Below, one piece after another: positions 1 through 8,800 of a stretch of 32,000 nt of DNA. The notes beneath the pieces are model-generated. The model saw only the letters and a list, made by a program, of their open reading frames with translations. It was not told where the DNA came from and made no database searches. Both the position numbers and the translations under genes were made by a program. The stretch is taken from NCBI RefSeq assembly GCF_000421105.1, contig NZ_ATWF01000001.1:21987-53986 (forward strand). The letters are read 5' to 3'. This DNA is from Limisalsivibrio acetivorans. Lineage in GTDB: Bacteria > Chrysiogenota > Deferribacteres > Deferribacterales > Geovibrionaceae. Each line of letters begins with the position of its first letter. Position 1 is the stretch's first letter.

Positions 1-335
1 TGACGCGTTTCGCCGTTATATTCGAAGGGTAATGTCTTCCCGTGTATGCCCCGCCCAAGCCTTCCGGTTTTACCTCCGAAAATCTCGTTGATTACCTGCA
101 TGCCGAGGCATATCCCTGTCACTGGTGTGTTTATTTCCTTTATGAACCGATAAACGGGATACTCTTTTGGGTGTCCTGGCCCTGGCGAAATAAAGATATG
201 ATCATATGAAAATATGTCTAATACAGGTATGCGTGAATACTCAGCCACCTCTGTAGTCCCACCTGATACTGCGATTATCAGCTGTTCCAGATTACGGGTG
301 AAGCTGTCGTTATTGTCTATGATCAAAACATCCAT
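1..335 (-). CDS. Type-1 glutamine amidotransferase, anthranilate/aminodeoxychorismate synthase component II (TrpG/PabA-like). Only the N-terminal part is present; the C-terminus lies left of the window.
   Basis: My own reverse-strand translation from ATG 335..333 gives MDVLIIDNNDSFTRNLEQL...ISPGPGHP...PVTGICLGMQVINEIFGG...HGK. The IDNxDSFT, SPGPG and catalytic-Cys GxCLGxQ motifs are present. It is missing from the ORF track because it runs off the edge. No clear Shine-Dalgarno sequence precedes it. Confidence 0.8.
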   Translation of the reverse strand, partial: MDVLIIDNNDSFTRNLEQLIIAVSGGTTEVAEYSRIPVLDIFSYDHIFISPGPGHPKEYPVYRFIKEINTPVTGICLGMQVINEIFGGKTGRLGRGIHGKTLPFEYNGETR

Positions 336-389
336 AATTTTAGTTACTGCACGTACATGATTAAGTCAATTGGCAAATGATTATTTATC

Positions 390-905
390 TTGCTATCGTA
401 TGGAAAAAGGTTTAATAGATTCTGCCCTTTGGATTTGAGGAGAATAAGGCCCTTGGAACTTCCTGTTATCGGTCGTACCGACAAGATAGACCTTCCCGAG
501 CTCGGTTTTATAAATCTGCCCGTTAAGGTGGACACTGGGGCGGATTCATGTTCGCTCCACTGCGAAATGATAGAGTACTTTGTGGAGGAGGATACGGAGT
601 ATGTCCGTTTCTTGCCTTTGGATGACTCATTCCCTCAGTTCAAAGATAAGCCCATAGTTATGGAGTGCCATACGGAGAAGTCGATCCGCAGTTCGAACGG
701 AGAGCTTCAGAACAGATATTTTATCCAGACAACGGTGAAGATCTTCGGAAAACTTTACGAAACTGAGTTTTCCCTTACAAACCGTTCCAAGATGCGCTAC
801 CCTGCACTTCTAGGAAGAAACCTGCTCAACGGCAACTTCCTTGTAGATGTTTCAGTAAAAAACCTCTCATATAAACTCAAGACCGGAAAGAAGAGGAAGC
901 TATGA
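390..905 (+). CDS. RimK-associated retropepsin-like protease (ATP-dependent zinc protease / DUF785 family, RimB-like)
   Basis: The 171-aa ORF carries [17 protein letters not shown]...[13 protein letters not shown], a D-T-G-A aspartic-protease-like motif typical of this family. Its stop overlaps the rimK ATG (ATGA at 902-905). There is no in-frame ATG near the 5' end. In-frame TTG candidates lie at 390, 429, 435 and 453, and 453 is 10 nt after GAGGAG (437-442), so the true start may be 453. Confidence 0.75.
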   Translation: MLSYGKRFNRFCPLDLRRIRPLELPVIGRTDKIDLPELGFINLPVKVDTGADSCSLHCEMIEYFVEEDTEYVRFLPLDDSFPQFKDKPIVMECHTEKSIRSSNGELQNRYFIQTTVKIFGKLYETEFSLTNRSKMRYPALLGRNLLNGNFLVDVSVKNLSYKLKTGKKRKL

Positions 906-1804
906 AGATTTTGACACTTTCAAGGAATGCCGAGCTTTATTCCACCAGAAGAATCTCTGAAGAGGCCGAAGCAAGAGGACACGAGATCCATGTTGCTGAT
1001 TACGTTAAGTCTTACATGATGATAGAGCCCGGCAACCCCTCAATATATAACGACGGCGAGGAGCTGATAGGCTACGATGCTGTAATACCACGTATCGGCG
1101 CATCCAAAACATTCTACGGTGCGTCCGTTGTCCGTCAGTTTGAGATGAGGGGCATTTTCTGTGCTAACCAGTCCATGGCCATCGTTCGCTCACGTGATAA
1201 ACTGCGCACACTGCAGATCCTCTCCCGCAGGAAGGTAAACATCCCCAAAACCGCCTTCGCCTCAACCCCTAACGATATCGACGACGTAATAGACCGTGTT
1301 GGTGGAGCGCCTGTGGTTATCAAGATCCTTGAAGGAACCCAGGGGATAGGTGTTGTCCTTGCGGAAACAAAGAAGGCGGCGAAATCAGTACTCGAGGCTT
1401 TCCTCGGCCTTAGGGTGAATATCCTCGTTCAGGAGTTCATCAAAGAGGCTAAGGGAGCCGATATCCGTGTATTTGTTGTGGATGGCAGAGCTGTTGCCGC
1501 CATGAAAAGGCAGGGTGTGGAGGGTGATTTCCGCTCCAATGTTCACCGTGGCGGAAGCGTTGAGAAAACCAGACTCTCCCGTGAAGAGCGCGCCACAGCC
1601 ATCGCCGCTGCCAAGGCAATGGGTCTGGCCGTTGCCGGTATAGACCTTCTTCGTTCGGAGAGGGGGCCCCTTGTCCTTGAGGTAAACTCATCCCCCGGGC
1701 TGGAGGGAATCGAGAAAGCGAGTGGGGTTAATGTTGCCAGTAAGATCATTGAGTTCCTTGAGAACAAGTATAACAGGGAGCAGAAGGACAGGATTGGGGT
1801 CTGA
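902..1804 (+). CDS. rimK: Ribosomal protein S6--L-glutamate ligase RimK (ATP-grasp)
   Basis: The 300-aa ORF begins MKILTLSRN...LYSTRRI and contains [35 protein letters not shown] and [13 protein letters not shown], the characteristic RimK ATP-grasp pattern. It is coupled to the upstream DUF785 gene. Confidence 0.9.
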   Translation: MKILTLSRNAELYSTRRISEEAEARGHEIHVADYVKSYMMIEPGNPSIYNDGEELIGYDAVIPRIGASKTFYGASVVRQFEMRGIFCANQSMAIVRSRDKLRTLQILSRRKVNIPKTAFASTPNDIDDVIDRVGGAPVVIKILEGTQGIGVVLAETKKAAKSVLEAFLGLRVNILVQEFIKEAKGADIRVFVVDGRAVAAMKRQGVEGDFRSNVHRGGSVEKTRLSREERATAIAAAKAMGLAVAGIDLLRSERGPLVLEVNSSPGLEGIEKASGVNVASKIIEFLENKYNREQKDRIGV

Positions 1805-1881
1805 TTGGTCTTACCACGTTTTTTCTTGTTTTTTTCCCATTTAATTGTAAACTTCTAACCTCTAGAAACCACGGAGGTTGG

Positions 1882-2850
1882 ATGATGAAAAGGCTTTTCA
1901 CAGCACTTCTTGCTGTAATGATTATCCCCGTTTTTGCTTATGCCGCACCCATTAAGGTTGGTATCAGCCAGATAGTTGAACACCCCGCCCTTGATGCAAC
2001 AAGGAAAGGGATCATAGACAAAGCCGCAGAATGCGGATACGCCGAAGGCTCAGACATCGATTACGATGTTCAGATAGCCCAGGGTAATGTTGCCACAGCA
2101 AACCAGATAGCAAAGAAGTTTGCCGGCGACAATAAGGATATCGTTATCGGTATCGCCACCCTTAACACGCAGGCACTCAAACATGTAATAGAGCAGTCCG
2201 GAAAGGACATCCCCCTCATATTCTCTGCGGTTACCGACCCTGTTGGTTCAAAGATTGCAGATTCCATCGAAAAACCGGGTAAAAACATCACAGGCGTTTC
2301 TGACCTTACCCCCGTTAAGGAGCAGATCGCTCTCCTTACGGATATAGGTATTGATGTCAAGAAGCTCGGTATAATCTTCAACCCCGGCGAGCAGAACAGC
2401 CGTGCACTTGCGGACCTCGCCCAGGAAGCGGCGGATGATTTCGGCATGGAGCTCATCGCCGCAACAGCGGCAAACTCCGGTGCTGTATACATGGCGGCTA
2501 AATCCCTCATCGGCAGGGTGGACGCCATATATATCCCCACGGACAACACCGTTGTTTCCGCCCTTGAGTCTGTTATTCAGGTGGCTAACGAGTCCGACAC
2601 ACCCCTTGTTATGGGTGATACCGATTCCGTTGACAGAGGGGCACTTGGAGCAAAAGGCTTCAACTATTACAAGCACGGTCTTCAGACTGGCGAGGTTCTC
2701 TGCCGTATCCTCAAGGGTGAGGAGCCAGGCAGTATTCCGGTACAGTTCCAGAGTGACCTTGAGCTTTTCATAAACCTTAAGGCTGCTAAAGAGATGAACG
2801 TTGAGGTTCCCCAATCTGTTATAGACAAGGCGGACAAGGTTATTAAATGA
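1882..2850 (+). CDS. ABC transporter substrate-binding protein (PF04392-type, BMP/periplasmic-binding fold), secreted
   Basis: The 322-aa ORF has a signal peptide (MMKRLFTALLAVMIIPVFAYA/AP) and the motifs KVGISQIVEHPALDA and IYIPTDNTVVSA typical of the ABC_sub_bind family. GGAGG lies 4-7 nt upstream. It is the first gene of a three-gene operon with 4-nt overlaps. Confidence 0.85.
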   Translation: MMKRLFTALLAVMIIPVFAYAAPIKVGISQIVEHPALDATRKGIIDKAAECGYAEGSDIDYDVQIAQGNVATANQIAKKFAGDNKDIVIGIATLNTQALKHVIEQSGKDIPLIFSAVTDPVGSKIADSIEKPGKNITGVSDLTPVKEQIALLTDIGIDVKKLGIIFNPGEQNSRALADLAQEAADDFGMELIAATAANSGAVYMAAKSLIGRVDAIYIPTDNTVVSALESVIQVANESDTPLVMGDTDSVDRGALGAKGFNYYKHGLQTGEVLCRILKGEEPGSIPVQFQSDLELFINLKAAKEMNVEVPQSVIDKADKVIK

Positions 2851-3740
2851 GCCTCTACGCATTCTTCGGAGCAATAGAGCAGGGGCTTGTATTCGGTATA
2901 ATGGCTCTGGGTGTTTTTATAACATTCAGAGCCCTCGACTTCCCCGACCTTTCGGTGGACGGCTCATTCCCCATGGGGGCGGCCATATCCGCCGTTATGA
3001 TATCCTCGGGCTACAACCCCTGGGTTACGCTTATCGTGGCGGTTGCCGGCGGTGCGGCGGCGGGTTGTGTTACGGCTATGCTGAACACCAAGCTCAAGAT
3101 ACTCAACCTGCTCTCCGGTATTCTGACAATGATCGCTCTTTACTCAGTTAATCTACGCATAATGGGTATGCCGAACATACCCCTTCTCGGTTTTGACACG
3201 ATATATACATCGGTAAACATCTTCGGTCTCCCCAGCTATGCGGCTAATGTTGTGCTTTTGGCCATCATAGTGAGCCTTGTGGCGGGTGTTCTAATATGGT
3301 TTTTTCATACCGAGGTGGGCCTCGCTCTTCGGGCTACGGGGGATAACATGAAGATGGTTCGTGCCCAGGGGGCTAGTACGAGCCGGATGATATTCTTCGG
3401 CGTTGCCCTCTCCAACGGCCTTGTGGCACTCTCCGGCGCACTGGTGGGCCAGGCGCAGGGTTTTGCCGATGTCAATATGGGTATCGGTATCATTGTTGCG
3501 GGGCTGGCATCTGTTATCCTCGGTGAGGCTCTGGTTTCCAGCAACGGGGTAGTGAAGGCGGTTATCGGCGTTATCCTCGGCTCCATAGCCTACAGGCTCG
3601 CCATTGCCGTTGCGCTAACTCTAAAGATAGGGGATTTCAGGCTATCACCCAGCGACCTTAACCTTATTACGGCGATACTCGTTGTAATAGCCCTTATGTT
3701 CCCCGGGCTCAGGAGCAAGATCGGGGCGGTGCGCTCATGA
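2847..3740 (+). CDS. ABC transporter permease (branched-chain/sugar BPD_transp_2-like)
   Basis: The 297-aa polytopic hydrophobic ORF includes EQGLVFGIMALGVFITFR, PDLSVDGSF and RATGDN. It overlaps both neighbours by 4 nt. Confidence 0.85.
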   Translation: MSLYAFFGAIEQGLVFGIMALGVFITFRALDFPDLSVDGSFPMGAAISAVMISSGYNPWVTLIVAVAGGAAAGCVTAMLNTKLKILNLLSGILTMIALYSVNLRIMGMPNIPLLGFDTIYTSVNIFGLPSYAANVVLLAIIVSLVAGVLIWFFHTEVGLALRATGDNMKMVRAQGASTSRMIFFGVALSNGLVALSGALVGQAQGFADVNMGIGIIVAGLASVILGEALVSSNGVVKAVIGVILGSIAYRLAIAVALTLKIGDFRLSPSDLNLITAILVVIALMFPGLRSKIGAVRS

Positions 3741-4528
3741 TACGTGTTGATAATATATGCAAAACCTTCAATCCAGGAACGGTTAATGAGAACAGGGCGA
3801 TAGACGGCGTAAGCCTAGATATAAAGAAGGGTGACTTCATCACCGTTATCGGCGGCAACGGCTCCGGTAAATCAACCCTTCTGAACCTCATTGCGGGATA
3901 TCTCCGCCCCGATACTGGGAGCATATTCATCGATGATGTGGATGTTTCCAACGTAAACGATTATAAGCGTGCGACATATATCGGCATAGTTTTTCAGGAT
4001 CCCCTCAGCGGAACAGCCAAATCCCTCAGCATAGAGGAGAATATGGCCATCGCAATGAAGCGTGGCCAGAAACGCTGGTTCGGTATGGGGGTTAAAAGCC
4101 GTGACAGGGAGTTCTACAAGGAACACCTTGCCATGCTGGATCTGGGGCTTGAGGACAGGCTTAAGGATAAGGCTGGACTCCTCTCCGGTGGACAGCGTCA
4201 GGCGCTGACACTGCTCATGGCAACCCTTGTTCAACCCAAGATTCTGCTACTTGATGAGCATACTGCGGCCCTTGACCCGAAAACTGCGGACAAGATCCTG
4301 AAGCTCACCGAGAAGCTGGTCAGGGAATATAACCTCACCACACTTATGGTTACCCACAACATGAAGCAGGCACTCAGCCTGGGCACAAGAACGGTTATGA
4401 TGCACGGCGGAAGACCTGTTCTTGATATAGAGGGTGAGGAACGCTCCGGACTCACCATAAAGGATCTGCTCGAGATGTTCAGCAGGCAATGGGGCGAGGA
4501 ATCCATCGACGGCCGGATGCTTATATAA
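3737..4528 (+). CDS. ABC transporter ATP-binding protein
   Basis: Walker A is GGNGSGKST, the ABC signature is LSGGQRQAL, Walker B is ILLLDEHTAALD and an H-loop (VTHN) is present. Confidence 0.9.
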   Translation: MIRVDNICKTFNPGTVNENRAIDGVSLDIKKGDFITVIGGNGSGKSTLLNLIAGYLRPDTGSIFIDDVDVSNVNDYKRATYIGIVFQDPLSGTAKSLSIEENMAIAMKRGQKRWFGMGVKSRDREFYKEHLAMLDLGLEDRLKDKAGLLSGGQRQALTLLMATLVQPKILLLDEHTAALDPKTADKILKLTEKLVREYNLTTLMVTHNMKQALSLGTRTVMMHGGRPVLDIEGEERSGLTIKDLLEMFSRQWGEESIDGRMLI

Positions 4529-4558
4529 GAATTTAGATAATCTTTAATCAAATACAGA

Positions 4559-4581
4559 GGCTCCTGCGGGAGCCTTTTTTT
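4559..4581 (+). terminator. Rho-independent terminator of the ABC operon
   Basis: GGCTCC (4559-4564), loop TGCG, GGAGCC (4569-4574), followed by T7 (4575-4581). It lies 30 nt after the stop. Confidence 0.7.
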
Positions 4582-4720
4582 GTGGAGATATTTGTACCTG
4601 TCTAACAGTCTGTAACTGAAGGGAATCACTATCTGAGGATTAAAACACTATAAAAGTCAGTTGTAATAAAGTTTTTAGATACGGTAAAAATTATCTGTTC
4701 TGAACATTTGCTATGAACAC

Positions 4721-4738
4721 TGTGACAACAATCTGACA
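4721..4738 (+). promoter_or_regulatory. Candidate Pho-box-like direct repeat upstream of the alkaline phosphatase gene
   Basis: TGTGACA (4721-4727), ACAA, TCTGACA (4732-4738) are two 7-mers matching at 6 of 7 positions with 11-bp periodicity. They sit 9 nt upstream of a possible -10 TAACAT (4748-4753). The geometry resembles PhoB-type boxes, but the sequence matches CTGTCAT only loosely. Confidence 0.3.
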
Positions 4739-4779
4739 CCGGAGGGGTAACATATGGGCAAAACTCCGGAGGTTTTCAA

Positions 4780-6189
4780 ATGAACAAATTCGCTCTTCGT
4801 ATGCTCACAGCCATTATGCTCGTTGCTGTTTTCACAGCAGGTGCCTGGGCAAAGGCTCCCAAGTATGTTTTCTACTTTATCGGCGACGGCCTCGGTGCAT
4901 CCCAGCGTCAGGTTGCTGAGTACTATGCTCAGCAGGTTAAGGGTGACAAGAACTATAAGCTCATCATGAATACGTTCCCCGTGGCAGGAATAAACACTAC
5001 CAACTCAACGGATTCACTCGTAACAGACTCCGCCGCGGCTGGAACCGCCCTTGCAACAGGGTACAAAACAAACAACGGCGTTATCTCCAAACTCCCCGAC
5101 GGACGTGATGTAAAAAGCCTTATAGAAGTGGCTGAAACCAAGGGCTGGGTTACAGGTATTGCATCCACTACACGCCTTACCCACGCTACTCCCGCTGTTT
5201 TCGCTTCCCACAACGAAAGTAGAGGAAACGAGAACGAAATCGCCGCTGATATGGCTGATGCAGGCGTTGAATACATCGCTGGCGGCGGCTACAGGCACTT
5301 CGTAAGCAAAGACAGCCATCTCAAGTCCAAGAGAAAAAGCGGCGATGTTGTCTCCGTGCTCAAGGATATGGGATATGTGACATACGTTGGCGAAAAGGCC
5401 TCCATGCCCTTCCGCAACTTTAAGCCCAACGGCCAAAAAGTATTTGCAGGCCTTACATACAGCCACATGCCCTACGAAGTGGACAGGATGAACACAAACG
5501 ATATACCCAGCATCGCAGAGCTCACAGCGAAGGGTATCGAGGTTCTCTCACAGCACAACAAGCCCTTCTTCTTTATGATTGAAGGTGGAAGGATCGACCA
5601 CGCCTGCCACGCCAACGATGTTGCAGGGTCTGTACACGATACCCTCGCTTTCAACGCAGCCGTTGAAGAGGCTTACTCATTCTATAAGCAGCACCCTGAG
5701 GAAACCCTCATCGTTGTAGTTGGTGACCATGAAACGGGCGGTCTCGGACTCGGCTTCGCAAAGAACTATTTCCTCAAGACAGAAGCCATCAACGCTCAGA
5801 AGGCTTCCGTGGACGATAAGCTTTCAAAGGCTTATACAGGTGACGAGGATGCTTTCTTCGCATACCTTGAGAAGAACTTCGGTCTTAACGACCTCTCCGA
5901 CAGGGAGAGGATGGATCTCAAGATCGCCATGAAGGTTCAGGATAAGAGCGAAGGCGGAAAATCCGCATACGGCTACACACCCACTCAGATAGCAGTTGCT
6001 CACCTTATGTCCGAAAGGGCAAACGTTCAGTGGACAACCTTCGCCCACACAGCTACCCAGATCCCCATGTCTGCCATAGGTGTTGGTGCTGAAAGGTTCG
6101 GCGGTTTCAAGGATAACACGCAGATCGCCCATTCCATGGCTGAACTGCTCGGTTTCAGGCTTTCCAGCTACAATGTAGCTTCCAAGTAA
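4780..6189 (+). CDS. Alkaline phosphatase (PhoA family, PF00245), secreted
   Basis: The signal peptide is MNKFALRMLTAIMLVAVFTAGAWA/KAP. FIGDGLG and the active-site TDSAAAGTALATGYKT (nucleophilic Ser) are present, with metal ligands in EGGRIDHACHAND and VVGDHETGG. GGAGG lies at 4768-4772. Confidence 0.9.
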   Translation: MNKFALRMLTAIMLVAVFTAGAWAKAPKYVFYFIGDGLGASQRQVAEYYAQQVKGDKNYKLIMNTFPVAGINTTNSTDSLVTDSAAAGTALATGYKTNNGVISKLPDGRDVKSLIEVAETKGWVTGIASTTRLTHATPAVFASHNESRGNENEIAADMADAGVEYIAGGGYRHFVSKDSHLKSKRKSGDVVSVLKDMGYVTYVGEKASMPFRNFKPNGQKVFAGLTYSHMPYEVDRMNTNDIPSIAELTAKGIEVLSQHNKPFFFMIEGGRIDHACHANDVAGSVHDTLAFNAAVEEAYSFYKQHPEETLIVVVGDHETGGLGLGFAKNYFLKTEAINAQKASVDDKLSKAYTGDEDAFFAYLEKNFGLNDLSDRERMDLKIAMKVQDKSEGGKSAYGYTPTQIAVAHLMSERANVQWTTFAHTATQIPMSAIGVGAERFGGFKDNTQIAHSMAELLGFRLSSYNVASK

Positions 6190-6212
6190 AGGTCTCTTTT
6201 AAGCTCTCTTTC

Positions 6213-6245
6213 GGCCGGGCGCAGCCCATGCGTCCGGCCTTTTTT
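6213..6245 (+). terminator. Rho-independent terminator after the alkaline phosphatase gene
   Basis: A 10-bp stem pairs GGCCGGGCGC (6213-6222) with GCGTCCGGCC (6230-6239). It includes one G:T pair that is a legal wobble only on the + strand. The loop is 7 nt and T6 follows (6240-6245). Confidence 0.75.
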
Positions 6246-6258
6246 CTGCGGAGGTATT

Positions 6259-7398
6259 ATGAAAAGGGTTTTTCCCCCTCTCTTTGTTCTGGTTCTCATC
6301 GCTCTATTCACCTTTCTCCTTACAAACACCGATGAGCAGAATGAGAATGTAATCGAGGCAAAGGGTGTTGTTATATCCGTGGATAACTCGGAGGTTGTTA
6401 ATACGGGCATAGGGAGGATAGGCTTCCAGCTTGCAGAGGTTATGCTGACCGGTTCCAGATTCAAGGGTGAGAGGGTTACAGCGATAAACAACCTGCTCGG
6501 TCAGATGGAGATGGATGAGTTCTACGAGCCGGGGGATAAGCTGATTACGGCACTACTCGTTCAAAATGGAGAAATACGTGATGCAAAAACCATCAATCGA
6601 TACAGGCAGGGCTGGGAGCTTGGGCTCTTCGGAGTGTTTGTGGTTCTGCTTATCGTTTATGCCAGGTTTATAGGTCTAAAGGCGCTACTTTCCTTCGTTG
6701 CTTCTCTATATATCCTCTGGAAGATATTCATCCCCGGACTGCTGGGTGGGGGTGAGCCGATATTTTACACCGTTGTGACACTTTCTCTGCTGACCTTTGT
6801 TATCATATTCTCAGTGGCGGGTTTTACAAAGAAAGGTGTGGCAGCGTTTTTAGGTACAATAACGGGGCTTGCAGCGGCTATTGCCGTTACGGTATTCTTT
6901 GGAAGCAGGCTCGGTCTTATGGGGATGACACAGCCCTTCGCCCAGACACTTGTACTGTCCGGGCATATGGATCTAGACATGCTCAGGATCTTTTACGCAT
7001 CGGTTATCATCGGGGCATCCGGCGCGGCAATGGATATTGCCATGGATGTGGCCGCCTCTATGGATGAAATAAAGGCGAAACGTCCCGACATCGCCATGAA
7101 GGAGCTTATTCTGTCTGGATTTAATGTGGGTAGAGCTGTGGTGGGAACCATGACAACAACGCTTCTCCTCGCATATTCCGGCGGATATCTCACCCTGATA
7201 ATGCTTTTCGTATCGAGGGAGACCTCCTTCATGAGAATAATGAATTTCAAGCTCGTGGCCGCTGAGGTGTTCCGCACCCTTACAGGGAGCATCGGACTGG
7301 TTCTGGTGGCACCTGTGACAGCTCTCATAGCGGGGTGGATACTAACAATGGCCGGGGCGGACAAAGAGGAGATTGAGAGTGCTGAAACTGATTCATGA
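6259..7398 (+). CDS. YibE/F family membrane protein
   Basis: The 379-aa ORF has an N-terminal TM segment, a soluble beta-rich segment, then about 7 TM segments. The GASGAAMDIAMDVAASMDE motif is typical of YibE/F proteins. Confidence 0.8.
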   Translation: MKRVFPPLFVLVLIALFTFLLTNTDEQNENVIEAKGVVISVDNSEVVNTGIGRIGFQLAEVMLTGSRFKGERVTAINNLLGQMEMDEFYEPGDKLITALLVQNGEIRDAKTINRYRQGWELGLFGVFVVLLIVYARFIGLKALLSFVASLYILWKIFIPGLLGGGEPIFYTVVTLSLLTFVIIFSVAGFTKKGVAAFLGTITGLAAAIAVTVFFGSRLGLMGMTQPFAQTLVLSGHMDLDMLRIFYASVIIGASGAAMDIAMDVAASMDEIKAKRPDIAMKELILSGFNVGRAVVGTMTTTLLLAYSGGYLTLIMLFVSRETSFMRIMNFKLVAAEVFRTLTGSIGLVLVAPVTALIAGWILTMAGADKEEIESAETDS

Positions 7399-7837
7399 AC
7401 TACTCGGAACCGTTGCCCAATACGCCCTTTACACATCTGTAACTGCGGCTGTGCTGGTTTTTAAGTATAGATACGTCAGGGAGTATTGGGGGAGGCTGTT
7501 GCCTGAAAGATACAAGCCTTCAAGAAAGCTACTGCTTAACGTGCACAGGGGAGGGGCACTGCTTTTTATCATAGCGATGTTCTTTCATTTCTGGCTGGCA
7601 AACCCAGATGACAGAAACGTTCTGCTCATTTCCATTCCGTTCTTTGCAGGGATACTTCTGTTATGGGGCTTCGCATTCAGATTCAAAAAACACTTCGCTT
7701 CCAGATACCAGAGTGCTGTTTATGCAAAGGCCATCGTTATGGCTGTTCTGGCGTGTGTCATATGGATAGGGCACGGCATAGCCGAAAAGAGGATAGAAGA
7801 GCGTGAAGGTACTCGTATTTCAGAGACTGCTGATTAA
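7373..7837 (+). CDS. Hypothetical integral membrane protein (about 4 TM, conserved His residues; possibly DUF4405-like)
   Basis: The ORF overlaps the 3' end of the YibE/F gene. Hydrophobic segments contain NVHRGGALLFIIAMFFHFWL and WIGHG. The start is uncertain: TTG 7373 is only 1 nt after AGGAG (7367-7371), and GTG 7379 has better spacing. The family assignment is a guess. Confidence 0.5.
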   Translation: MRVLKLIHELLGTVAQYALYTSVTAAVLVFKYRYVREYWGRLLPERYKPSRKLLLNVHRGGALLFIIAMFFHFWLANPDDRNVLLISIPFFAGILLLWGFAFRFKKHFASRYQSAVYAKAIVMAVLACVIWIGHGIAEKRIEEREGTRISETAD

Positions 7838-8049
7838 TCTTTAAAGAGGACTTTAAACATTCTTTCAGTTCTCTCATTCACCATGGCGAGCTGTACCACA
7901 GGATGGTCGTGGTCCATTTCATTAAGATCGGCGTTTTTCGCCTTTTCATAGCTCATGGCAAACTGTATTGAGCCAAGGAACACGGTAATTGCCTGTACAA
8001 ACAGCAGAACCCTTTTGAGATGCTTTCCGAATAGACCGTTCTTTCTCAT
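7834..8049 (-). CDS. Small hypothetical protein (71 aa, one hydrophobic helix)
   Basis: I prefer ATG 8049..8047, preceded by GGAAGGTG, over the track's GTG at 8064. The product is MRKNGLFGKHLKRVLLFVQAITVFLGSIQFAM.... Its stop overlaps the convergent gene's stop (TTAA at 7834-7837). I recognise no family. Confidence 0.4.
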   Translation of the reverse strand: MRKNGLFGKHLKRVLLFVQAITVFLGSIQFAMSYEKAKNADLNEMDHDHPVVQLAMVNERTERMFKVLFKD

Positions 8050-8074
8050 GTAATCACCTTCCACATTGCTTGTG

Positions 8075-8102
8075 TCTATAGTTTAATCGGATAGGATTGC
8101 AA
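8075..8102 (-). promoter_or_regulatory. Candidate sigma70 promoter for the small minus-strand gene
   Basis: On the minus strand: -35 TTGCAA (8102..8097), a 16-nt spacer, then -10 TATAGA (8080..8075), about 25 nt upstream of ATG 8049. Confidence 0.3.
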
Positions 8103-8300
8103 AAAGTTTATCGCTTATTGATGGTTATTCAACTGTCTGATGATAAATCATATTTTGGCAGTAAACATATGTATGTAGGGATGGGGTGTTCATGTCTTCC
8201 ATGTTTATGCGTATAGATATAATAAATCCATAAGAAAAATCTATGCTCGAATTCGCATATTGATCTTATTCAGATAGATTAAAATGGGTTTTTGAGGGGT

Positions 8301-8341
8301 GCGGGGAACTTTGTTCCCTAAAAAGTTCCCTGCGATTTTTT
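8301..8341 (+). terminator. Orphan intrinsic-terminator-like hairpin on the + strand
   Basis: GCGGGGAACTTT (8301-8312), a 9-nt loop, AAAGTTCCCTGC (8322-8333), then GA and T6 (8336-8341). The G8303:T8331 pair is a wobble only on the + strand. No + strand CDS lies upstream of it. Confidence 0.55.
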
Positions 8342-8800
8342 CCTTTCATACTCAAATTAGAAATAAGCCACTAATCTCTTTGTCTTGCGCTTTCGCGCCA
8401 CATACTTTTTAGAAAAGTATGCAAAACTATTCCCTCAGGGTTTTTAAGCCGTCATTGTTATCAGTATTTTAATAAAATACTTATAACTGATAACGGTTCC
8501 CTCGCTTCGCACTCCCTTTTCCTGAATATTTCCTGATTCTGAGGAGGTTATTAACTTATCACAGTTAGCCGAAGCAATTATTCATAGATTCATCAATGGT
8601 TATCGTGCGGGAAATATTCCTGGCGGAAAAGTAATCGCTCGCTCGGCTTAAAAACATTCGGGGAAGAGAAGAAAGGGTTTTGGGTGCAATATCTTAGTGA
8701 CGTGAGTAATGGTTACTGGCAAAACAACTCTAGACGGGGCACGTTGTTTTGCTCGCATCGGGCACATGACAGCATGCTTTATAACGATCTACGTCGTCAT

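Noticed and set aside
2248-2874. Long antisense or alternative-frame ORFs nested in real genes. Examples are 2248..2874 (-), 11066..11524 (+), 17712..18263 (-), 22044..22703 (-), 28608..29210 (+) and 29426..30055 (+).
   Set aside because: These are shadow ORFs opposite well-supported genes. Their compositions are Arg/Ser/Pro-rich or low-complexity, and they have no RBS.
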